In this document: positions 48,014 to 55,583 of the stretch, piece after piece
Layout of the letters: every line of letters begins with the position of its first letter
Position numbering within the stretch: the first letter of the stretch is position 1
Assembly: GCA_017467585.1 (NCBI GenBank)
Contig: JAFUSR010000004.1
Location: forward strand, 434,178 to 498,177
Origin: Clostridia bacterium
GTDB lineage: Bacteria; Bacillota; Clostridia; Christensenellales; UBA1242
DNA length: 64,000 nucleotides
Direction: 5' to 3'
The notes under the pieces: model-generated
The model's database searches: none
Seen by the model: the letters and a program-made list of their open reading frames with translations, nothing else
Told to the model about the DNA's origin: nothing
Program-made: the position numbers and the translations under genes

Positions 48014-48577
48014 ATGAAAAACTTTAAAAAAATTATTTTAGTAATGGGTCTTGGAGCATCATCATTGCTAGCCTCTTGTGGAGCAAGCACAGATAAAAAT
48101 GGGGTGTCTGATTACTACGACGAGTCAGATGAATATGGTTATAAGCAAGAAAAACGTTTAGAAAAAGAAATTGTAGACATCATTGAGGGAAACGGAGTAA
48201 AAATCTATCTATTTGATGTTCAAACAATTGATGTTTTTAAATATGATGACGGTTATAATTATCTAGTTCTTGGTGGAGAATCGATTTATGACTTATATAA
48301 TGGACGAGAAAAAACTGCTATAACATATAATATATCAGATGAAAATGCTGCCAATTTTTTTGGAGATGCACTTTTAAGTCAAGGACATAGTACTTATGGA
48401 ACAATCATTTCAAACGACCACTTTGCTTGTCAAAAATATGGAAGAGGGCAAATAAGAGATGTCAGAGTTGCTCTTGCAGACGAATCAACAACACTATATT
48501 CAATTAAAAACTTAGATAAAGATGAACTAGTTTACACAATCAACTCTCAAGCAGATGCTGAAATGGCAAATTATTAA
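48014..48577 (+). CDS. Lipoprotein, function unknown
   Basis: 187 aa. Lipobox LLASC-GAS. RBS AAGGAGA. Confidence 0.7.
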   Translation: MKNFKKIILVMGLGASSLLASCGASTDKNGVSDYYDESDEYGYKQEKRLEKEIVDIIEGNGVKIYLFDVQTIDVFKYDDGYNYLVLGGESIYDLYNGREKTAITYNISDENAANFFGDALLSQGHSTYGTIISNDHFACQKYGRGQIRDVRVALADESTTLYSIKNLDKDELVYTINSQADAEMANY

Positions 48578-48584
48578 TAAAACA

Positions 48585-48616
48585 AAAAACACAGCACATA
48601 CGCTGTGTTTTTTGTT
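48585..48616 (+). terminator. Intrinsic terminator (same stem sequence as 47781..47810)
   Basis: AAAAACACAGC-ACATAC-GCTGTGTTTTTT. Confidence 0.75.
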
Positions 48617-48695
48617 TGCAAATTAGTTGCTATTATTTTGTGTTTTTAGTAAAATGATATTTGGTTATTATTATAAATAAAATATAGGAGTTTTT

Positions 48696-49262
48696 ATGAT
48701 AGAAGAACAATTAGAAGAAATCTACATGATTTTAGAAGATGACATTGACAAGGCAATTGCACATCTAAAAGGCGAATTTAACAACATTCGTGCAGGAAGA
48801 GCCAACCCACACATTTTAGATAAAATCTTGGTTGACTATTATGGCACACCAACACCAATCGGACACATGGCTAACATTTCTGTTCAAGAGGGCAGAATTT
48901 TGGTTATCAGCCCATGGGATCAAAGCCAAGTTCGTGCAATATGCAAAGAAATTTCAGCAAGCGACATTGGTCTTACTCCTGCTGACGATGGAAGGGTTAT
49001 TCGCTTAACGTTTCCACAACTCACCGAAGAGAGAAGAAGAGAGCTAGTTAAGTCAACAAAAAAGCTTGCAGAAGATGCAAAAGTTGCTTGCAGAAATGCC
49101 CGCAGAGATGCCATCGATGAACTTAAAAAATTAAAAAACAATGGACTTTCAGAAGACCAAGAAAAGGGCGAAGAAGACAACGTTCAAAAGAAACTGGACG
49201 CTGCAATAGCAAACATTGACAAACTTATGGACGAAAAAGAAAAGGACATAATGACCGTCTAA
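48696..49262 (+). CDS. frr: Ribosome recycling factor
   Basis: 188 aa. FNNIRAGRANPHILD, ISVQEGRILVISPWD. Confidence 0.95.
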   Translation: MIEEQLEEIYMILEDDIDKAIAHLKGEFNNIRAGRANPHILDKILVDYYGTPTPIGHMANISVQEGRILVISPWDQSQVRAICKEISASDIGLTPADDGRVIRLTFPQLTEERRRELVKSTKKLAEDAKVACRNARRDAIDELKKLKNNGLSEDQEKGEEDNVQKKLDAAIANIDKLMDEKEKDIMTV

Positions 49263-49444
49263 TGATAGGAAAAACCATCGACCAAGCAAAGAGCGAACTT
49301 GCTAAGCTCGGCATAACAGAAATCGAAATAATCAACAACTTTGTCAGAGAAATTGAGGGTAGCACTTTGCTTGTTACAAACTGCAAAATAAAACAAAAAA
49401 AAGCAACGCTAACCGTTGGCAGTTTCAAACTAAATAAGGAATAA
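49262..49444 (+). CDS. Stand-alone PASTA-like small protein
   Basis: 60 aa. The ATG overlaps the frr stop (TAATG). IGKTIDQAKSELAKLGIT..GSTLLVTNCKI..KATLTVGSF follows the PASTA-domain pattern. Confidence 0.45.
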   Translation: MIGKTIDQAKSELAKLGITEIEIINNFVREIEGSTLLVTNCKIKQKKATLTVGSFKLNKE

Positions 49445-49449
49445 TTTTT

Positions 49450-50361
49450 ATGTTAAAAAGAACACTCACAGGAATTTTAATAATTGCCGTAGTGGCAGGC
49501 TTTGTTGCGCTCAGAATGGTGCATACAGCCTTTTTTGATGCATTTGTCTTTGCACTCATGATAGCGGCAGGCTTCGAAATGATAAGAGCCAAGAAAAAAG
49601 CAGGCAAAGTTTTATTTGAACGTCTGATAATTTTGTTTCCAATTCCAGTTGCAGCGGGATATATCTTTGTTCAAAATTTAGCTGTTTCTTTGCTAATTGA
49701 AGTGCTTTCAATCGTTGTTCTATTTGTTGCAAGTGTCGGCATAGAACTTATTATAAATGCAGTCAACAGAAAGAGTGGTGCACCAGCGCCAGAAAATGAC
49801 AAACTGCTTGCAATAACAAAAGACACAATGGGGGTTATCATCTATCCACTTGCGGTCATCAGCACAATGTTTATTCTCAACCACTTTGGATATAATATTG
49901 GTTATGTCATGATCATAACAATGTTTGCAATAACCATGACAACCGACACATTTGCATATCTTTTCGGAATGCTCTTTGGAAGAAGACAAAATTCAGCCCG
50001 TTTTGCACCAGAAATCTCACCAAAAAAGAGCATGGCAGGCTTTTATGCAGGCATCGCTGGTGGATTGATTGTTTCAGTAGTTTGCTGGCTGTTATTTTAT
50101 CACTACAACTTGTTCGATAGTGGCCTAGTTGCGAGTCTTTCAACATCGTCATCGCTCATATTATTCACAGTCACAGGAATTGTGGCAAGTCTTGCAACAC
50201 AATTTGGCGACCTGCTTGCCAGTGCTGTAAAGAGACAGGCAGACCTTAAAGACTACAGCAACTTGCTTCCAGGGCACGGTGGAGTTATGGACAGAATCGA
50301 CGGCGAAATGTTTTCTAGTGCCGTTGTGGCAACAATGTTTGCACTGTTTTTATTGATTTAA
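49450..50361 (+). CDS. cdsA: Phosphatidate cytidylyltransferase
   Basis: Polytopic. Signature SAVKRQADLKDYSNLLPGHGGVMDRIDG. Confidence 0.9.
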   Translation: MLKRTLTGILIIAVVAGFVALRMVHTAFFDAFVFALMIAAGFEMIRAKKKAGKVLFERLIILFPIPVAAGYIFVQNLAVSLLIEVLSIVVLFVASVGIELIINAVNRKSGAPAPENDKLLAITKDTMGVIIYPLAVISTMFILNHFGYNIGYVMIITMFAITMTTDTFAYLFGMLFGRRQNSARFAPEISPKKSMAGFYAGIAGGLIVSVVCWLLFYHYNLFDSGLVASLSTSSSLILFTVTGIVASLATQFGDLLASAVKRQADLKDYSNLLPGHGGVMDRIDGEMFSSAVVATMFALFLLI

Positions 50362-50376
50362 TAAAGAAGGAAAGAT

Positions 50377-51702
50377 ATGAAAATTTTATATATACTGCTT
50401 GCACTTTTAATTTTGATGATACTCATCACTGTCCACGAGTTTGGGCATTATATTGCAGGCAAAATATTTAAATTTGATATAAACGAATTTTCAATTGGCT
50501 TTGGTCCTGCTATTTATAAAAGGACCAAAAAGAATGGGGAGGTTTTTTCAATTCGCGCGTTGCCACTTGGTGGTTACTGTGCGTTTGAGGGAGAAGACCA
50601 GGAAGTTCCAAACCAAAATGAAAAAACTGCTCAAGACGAGCAATCCAAGGCGGACGCAAAAAATGAGCCGGCTCAGGTTCAAGTTCAATCACACAAAAAG
50701 CCTTTTAACAGCCAACCAGCATGGAAGAGGCTGATTGTCCTTTTTGGTGGCGTGTTTTTCAACTTCATGTTCGGAATTATCACCAGCGCAATCTATTTGA
50801 TGGTTGCAGGCTATGGCGTTCCCGTTGTTGCAGCAAGCAGACAGGGCGCCATTCAACAAGGAGATAAAATTGTTGCAGTAAATGGAAAAACCATAGAAGC
50901 TTATAGTCCACTTGCTGACATTTTGGCTGAATATAGCGGCGAAACAACACTTACTATCACTCTTGTTAGAAATGGCGAAACAAAGACAGTTCCTGTTATC
51001 AAAGAACAACTAGAAAATGGCTATTTTTATGTTGCCAACACCACCAAAATTGAAAAGAATTTATACATAAAATCTGGTGAAGAATATATCGAAATTTCTG
51101 CAAAAGACTTTCAACAAAAGATAATCAATGAAAGTGTAACGAAAGATGTCGATGGAAAATATTTTCCAGTTATGAGTGAAACATATTATCAAAAAAATGA
51201 AGACAACACTTTCAGCGAATACACCGTTCAAAAATTGATAGATGATGGCGTTATTGCTCATGCTAACACCGGTTTTTCACTTGGAATAATGTATTACACC
51301 GCCATTGAACATTATGGCTTTTTTGAATGTCTCTTAAAAGCTTGGCCGTTCGGATTTTACATTTGCAAAGTGATTTTGGGGGCTCTTGGAGGAATATTCA
51401 CAGGGGCCACAAAAATCAGCGATTTGGGTGGAACAGTTACAACAATTTCAACAATAGCAACATATTCAGCCATAAACCCAATGATAATTTTATATCTGTT
51501 CCCAATGCTGTCATTTAACTTAGCAATATTTAACATATTGCCAATTCCTGCGCTAGATGGGGCAAGAATGGTATTTGTTTTGTGGGAACTAATCACAAGA
51601 AAACCAGTCAACAGAAAGGTTGAGGGTTACATTCACACAGTAGGGTTGTTTGTGCTCTTGGCGCTAGTCCTGTTCCTAGACGTTTATCATCTGTTCATTT
51701 AA
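50377..51702 (+). CDS. rseP: Site-2 zinc metalloprotease RseP/RasP family
   Basis: HEFGHY (HExxH) in TM1, internal PDZ-like region, FNILPIPALDG motif. Confidence 0.9.
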   Translation: MKILYILLALLILMILITVHEFGHYIAGKIFKFDINEFSIGFGPAIYKRTKKNGEVFSIRALPLGGYCAFEGEDQEVPNQNEKTAQDEQSKADAKNEPAQVQVQSHKKPFNSQPAWKRLIVLFGGVFFNFMFGIITSAIYLMVAGYGVPVVAASRQGAIQQGDKIVAVNGKTIEAYSPLADILAEYSGETTLTITLVRNGETKTVPVIKEQLENGYFYVANTTKIEKNLYIKSGEEYIEISAKDFQQKIINESVTKDVDGKYFPVMSETYYQKNEDNTFSEYTVQKLIDDGVIAHANTGFSLGIMYYTAIEHYGFFECLLKAWPFGFYICKVILGALGGIFTGATKISDLGGTVTTISTIATYSAINPMIILYLFPMLSFNLAIFNILPIPALDGARMVFVLWELITRKPVNRKVEGYIHTVGLFVLLALVLFLDVYHLFI

Positions 51703-51726
51703 CAAATTAATTCAAAAGAGAGAAAA

Positions 51727-53307
51727 ATGGAAAAAATTGACCAACTTTTAAACAACTTAACTGGCGGAAAATACGACTTTGTTTACAAGTCGGCGGTCTT
51801 AGACAGCAAAACAGGTGTTTGCACAATTGAAATTTTTTATAAAGATGGAACAATTTTAACTCAGGCAGACAAAGAAAAGTGCAATAAAGCTCTAGCAGAA
51901 ACACTTGGCAATTATAAATATGACATTCACTACACAAAAAACTTTTTGTCAGAAGGAACAATAAAAACTTTTGTTCGTGCATACGCAAAGAGCAATTATG
52001 TTTCTGTTAAGTTGCAGGTAAATTCTGTTGAACTTGGCAAGTCCAACTTGGTCAGTTTGACAATCGCTGAAGAGCAAGAGCAATATGTAAAATCTCAAAA
52101 GATTTTGCAAGACATTTCAAAGGCTCTTTCAGAGCGCTTTATGGCGCGATTTAATGTTGTTGCAAACTATCAGCCAAACATGATAGATTTTTCTGTAATA
52201 GAAAAACAAGAAGAGCCAACAATAATAAGTGAAAAAGTAATTTCTGTCACCGACAAAAAAGTTTTGATGGGCGAAGAGATAGAAGGCGATGCAACCTACA
52301 TTCGCGATAGCAGAAATTCTGGTGTAACAGTCACCATTTGTGGAAAAATTCAAGACACAAAAATGCTTTGGACAAAGCCAAAAGTAAAACCGGGTCAAAA
52401 CGCAAAAGACGTCATTGACTATTTTAAGCGCGATGTTCCAACAAGTGAAAGATTAGAAGCTGGTCAAAAGCCATATTATAAATTCAAAATTCAAGATTTC
52501 ACGGGCGAAATAGATGTTTTTGCTTATCCAAAACAAGAAGAACAAGAGGCTTTTGCAAGCATCTTTGAAACCCGCTCAGCCATTGTTCGTGGAGAAGTAA
52601 AAGACGACAACTATTTTGGAATTCACATAAGGGCCACAAGTGTCAGCGAATGCAAATTGCCAGATGTTTGGGAAGAAAAAATAGACTACAAAAAAGAAAA
52701 ACCATACTATGAGTTTGTCAAACCAGAAAACATGGAATATACAAACCAAGTTGGGCTTTTCAGCATGTTCGACGCCCCAAAAGTTGCTCCATATCTCGCC
52801 AACAACGAAATCGTCGTGTTCGACTTCGAAACAACAGGCTTAAAGCCATATGAGGGCGACAAAATTGTCGAAATCGGTGCGGTCAAAGTGATAAATGGTG
52901 CAATTGTTCAGTCGTTTAGAACTTTAGTTAACCCAGAAATGCACATTCCTGAAGCATCTTCAGCCGTTCACAAAATCTACGACAAAGATGTGGTAAATGC
53001 ACCAAAAGCTGCCGAGGCGCTCCAAGACTTTTACAAGTTCACTCGAGGCGCAGTGCTTGTTGGCTACAATGTTAACTTTGACTATAGCTTTTTAATGACT
53101 CAGGGAAAGCAGGCTCAGTATAATTTTGACAACAAAACCTACGATTGTCTAGATTTGGCTCGTCGCTCGGTTAAGGGCTTAAAAAACTATAAACTCGGAA
53201 CAATTGCAAAAGAACTGGGCGTTTCGCTCGAAAATGCTCACAGTGCACTTGCCGACACAATTGCAACGGCCGAAGTTTTTATAAAACTTGCAGATAACAT
53301 AAAATAA
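51727..53307 (+). CDS. PolC-like N-terminal/OB/DEDDh 3'-5' exonuclease protein lacking the PHP and polymerase domains
   Basis: 526 aa. Exo motifs VVFDFETTGL, VGYNVNFDYSFL, HSALADTIATAEVF. OB-like KFKIQDFTGEIDVFAYP..VRGEV resembles the PolC OB domain. Sits at the syntenic polC position. Confidence 0.7.
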   Translation: MEKIDQLLNNLTGGKYDFVYKSAVLDSKTGVCTIEIFYKDGTILTQADKEKCNKALAETLGNYKYDIHYTKNFLSEGTIKTFVRAYAKSNYVSVKLQVNSVELGKSNLVSLTIAEEQEQYVKSQKILQDISKALSERFMARFNVVANYQPNMIDFSVIEKQEEPTIISEKVISVTDKKVLMGEEIEGDATYIRDSRNSGVTVTICGKIQDTKMLWTKPKVKPGQNAKDVIDYFKRDVPTSERLEAGQKPYYKFKIQDFTGEIDVFAYPKQEEQEAFASIFETRSAIVRGEVKDDNYFGIHIRATSVSECKLPDVWEEKIDYKKEKPYYEFVKPENMEYTNQVGLFSMFDAPKVAPYLANNEIVVFDFETTGLKPYEGDKIVEIGAVKVINGAIVQSFRTLVNPEMHIPEASSAVHKIYDKDVVNAPKAAEALQDFYKFTRGAVLVGYNVNFDYSFLMTQGKQAQYNFDNKTYDCLDLARRSVKGLKNYKLGTIAKELGVSLENAHSALADTIATAEVFIKLADNIK

Positions 53308-53343
53308 TTAAGTATAAAACATATAATAATTGTAGATAAATAC

Positions 53344-53372
53344 TTGTCAAAACAAAATTTTTGATGTATAAT
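53344..53372 (+). promoter_or_regulatory. SigA-type promoter of the rimP-nusA-infB operon (TTGTCA-17-TATAAT)
   Basis: TTGTCA 53344-53349, 17-nt spacer ending in TG, TATAAT 53367-53372. Confidence 0.6.
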
Positions 53373-53395
53373 ACAAATAGTTAAGCAGAACATGC

Positions 53396-53424
53396 GAGCA
53401 ACCGAAAGGTTGCTCTTAATTTTG
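53396..53424 (+). promoter_or_regulatory. Leader hairpin (possible attenuator) upstream of rimP
   Basis: 8-bp stem GAGCAACC/GGTTGCTC with a GAAA tetraloop, followed by TTAATTTTG. Lies between the promoter and the rimP RBS. Confidence 0.4.
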
Positions 53425-53447
53425 CAAAAAAGAAAAAGGGAGAGATT

Positions 53448-53906
53448 ATGGCAAAACAAACAGTTGCAGAAAGGGTTAAAACCCATATTCAACCAATTGT
53501 CGAAGGGCTCGGTTATGAACTTGTTGATGTCGACTACGAAAAAAAGACTGGTGGCTATCAATTAACTGTTTACATCGACAGTCCAAACGGAATTGGGCTA
53601 GAAGACTGTGAAAAGGTTCACAGAGCAATCGATGCACCGCTCGACGAACTAGACCCAACCGAGGGCTCATATAACCTAAGCGTTTCATCTTGTGGTCTAG
53701 ATTGGGCATTCAGAAGCGCAAGAGACTATCAAAAAAACATTGGCGAAATGGTAGACATCAGTTTGTTTGCGCCAGTCAACCGCAAAAAGAATTACACAGG
53801 CAAACTTGTTTCGTTTGACGGCACAAATGTTACAATACTTGCCAAAACAAAAATATCATTTAAAGTAGAAGCTATTGCAAAAATTTGCAAGCACATAGAT
53901 TTTTAG
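53448..53906 (+). CDS. rimP: Ribosome maturation factor RimP
   Basis: 152 aa. VEGLGYELVDVDY. Position upstream of nusA. Confidence 0.9.
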   Translation: MAKQTVAERVKTHIQPIVEGLGYELVDVDYEKKTGGYQLTVYIDSPNGIGLEDCEKVHRAIDAPLDELDPTEGSYNLSVSSCGLDWAFRSARDYQKNIGEMVDISLFAPVNRKKNYTGKLVSFDGTNVTILAKTKISFKVEAIAKICKHIDF

Positions 53907-53924
53907 GAGGATAAAAACAAAAAA

Positions 53925-55037
53925 ATGGTAAACAAAGATTTCTTTCAAGCATTAGAAGACTTAGAAGCAGAAAAGGGAATAAAAAAGGAGTATTTTTTAG
54001 ACGCGCTTCAAACAGCACTCACTAGTGCATACAAAAAGAACTACGACGAAGGCAGAAAAATTGAAGTTAAATTAATTCCAGAAAAAAACACAATCAAAGT
54101 TATTGCATATAGAGACATTGTTGATGTTGTCGAAGACCCAGACACACAAATTTCTCTCGAAGATGCAAAACTCATCAAAAAGACAGCCAAAATTGGTGAC
54201 ACAATTGCCGAAGAGTTTTCACCAAAAGACTTCGGAAGAATTGCTGCTGGCGCTGCAAAACAAGTTATCACTCAAAAACTTAGAGAAGAAGAACGCAGCT
54301 TGGCCTATGGCGAACTCGAAGGAAAAATCGACACTCTCATCACTGGCATAATTCGCAGAATCGATGCCGACACAATTTATCTTGAACTTGCAGGAACATC
54401 AATCGAAGGTGTTCTCATGAGTCAAGATCAAATTCCTGGCGAGAGCTACAATCTTAACGACAGAATCAGGGTATACATCAAAAAACTTCGCGAAACAGCT
54501 CATGGCGTTCAAGCAGTTGTTTCAAGAACAACCCCTAACTTTGTTCGCAAACTTTTTGAACTCGAAGTTCCAGAAATTCAAGCCGGAATAGTAGAGATTA
54601 AGAGCGTGGCAAGAGAAGCTGGTTCAAGAACAAAAATTGCAATTGCAAGCAAAGACCCTAACGTTGATGCTCTTGGTGCTTGCGTTGGTCAAAAGGGCGT
54701 TCGTGTAAACAACATTGTTGCAAGCTTAAATGGCGAAAAAATTGATATCGTTATTTATTCTGACGACGTGTTCGAATATATCGCTCGTGCACTATCTCCT
54801 GCAAAAGTTGTTAGTGTAGAAATCGACGAAGCAGCCAAGAAGGCTCTCGTTATCGTTCCAGACGACAAATTGTCTCTTGCAATTGGCAGAAGCGGCTTAA
54901 ATGTTCGCTTGGCAGCAAGACTCACTGGCTGGAAAATAGATGTTAAGAGCGAAAGCAAAGCAGCTAAAACTCCAGAACAAACAAGCACAAACCTCGATGA
55001 TATTGGTGGCTTGTTTGATGACATTAACTTAGACTAA
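53925..55037 (+). CDS. nusA: Transcription termination/antitermination factor NusA
   Basis: S1 and two KH domains (GACVGQKGVRV, AIGRSGLNVRLAARLTGWKIDV). Confidence 0.95.
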   Translation: MVNKDFFQALEDLEAEKGIKKEYFLDALQTALTSAYKKNYDEGRKIEVKLIPEKNTIKVIAYRDIVDVVEDPDTQISLEDAKLIKKTAKIGDTIAEEFSPKDFGRIAAGAAKQVITQKLREEERSLAYGELEGKIDTLITGIIRRIDADTIYLELAGTSIEGVLMSQDQIPGESYNLNDRIRVYIKKLRETAHGVQAVVSRTTPNFVRKLFELEVPEIQAGIVEIKSVAREAGSRTKIAIASKDPNVDALGACVGQKGVRVNNIVASLNGEKIDIVIYSDDVFEYIARALSPAKVVSVEIDEAAKKALVIVPDDKLSLAIGRSGLNVRLAARLTGWKIDVKSESKAAKTPEQTSTNLDDIGGLFDDINLD

Positions 55038-55049
55038 AAGGAATCAAAA

Positions 55050-55301
55050 ATGAAAAATACTCCAGAAAGAACTTGCATAGCATGTCACAAAAAGGGTGAC
55101 AAACGAGATTTTGTCAGAATTGTCAAAACATCAGAAGGACAAATTGTTTTAGACAAAACTGGCAAACTTAATGGAAGAGGCGCCTATGTTTGCGCAAGCG
55201 AAGAATGTATTCGCCTTTGCAAAAAAACTCATGCATTAAATCGTGCATTTAAACAAGATGTTTCTGATGAGATATACGACAAGCTTGCCAGCGAGGTATA
55301 A
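55050..55301 (+). CDS. ylxR: YlxR/RnpM (DUF448) RNA-binding protein
   Basis: RTCIACHKKGDKRDFVRIV, GRGAYVC. Confidence 0.85.
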   Translation: MKNTPERTCIACHKKGDKRDFVRIVKTSEGQIVLDKTGKLNGRGAYVCASEECIRLCKKTHALNRAFKQDVSDEIYDKLASEV

Positions 55302-55582
55302 TGGACAAAGTCAAATCATACATTGGTTTTGCCAAAGCTAGTCGCGCAATAGTTTTTGGCCAAAACACAATAGAAAAAACAAAGCATATTTGTGGAATTG
55401 TCTGTTCAGACAAACTAACGGCAAACACAATAAGCAAGCTTAAAACATATTCGGAAAATCTAATTGTTTTAAGCGAAGAAAACTATAACAAATTAAATCT
55501 AGCGGCAAGTGCATTTGCCATAACAGACAAATCACTGATGACCGCAATTCAAACACAATTAAAGCAATTTGGGGGAAAATAA
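55301..55582 (+). CDS. ylxQ: L7Ae-family RNA-binding protein YlxQ-like
   Basis: 93 aa. TAATG overlap with ylxR. Conserved position between ylxR and infB. Confidence 0.6.
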   Translation: MDKVKSYIGFAKASRAIVFGQNTIEKTKHICGIVCSDKLTANTISKLKTYSENLIVLSEENYNKLNLAASAFAITDKSLMTAIQTQLKQFGGK

Positions 55583-55583
55583 A

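Noticed and set aside
51727-53307. The PolC-like short gene considered as a polC pseudogene
   Set aside because: It has an intact ORF with an RBS and a clean stop. It is followed directly by the rimP promoter, and no residual polymerase-coding sequence is visible in any frame. I kept it as a finding rather than calling it a pseudogene.
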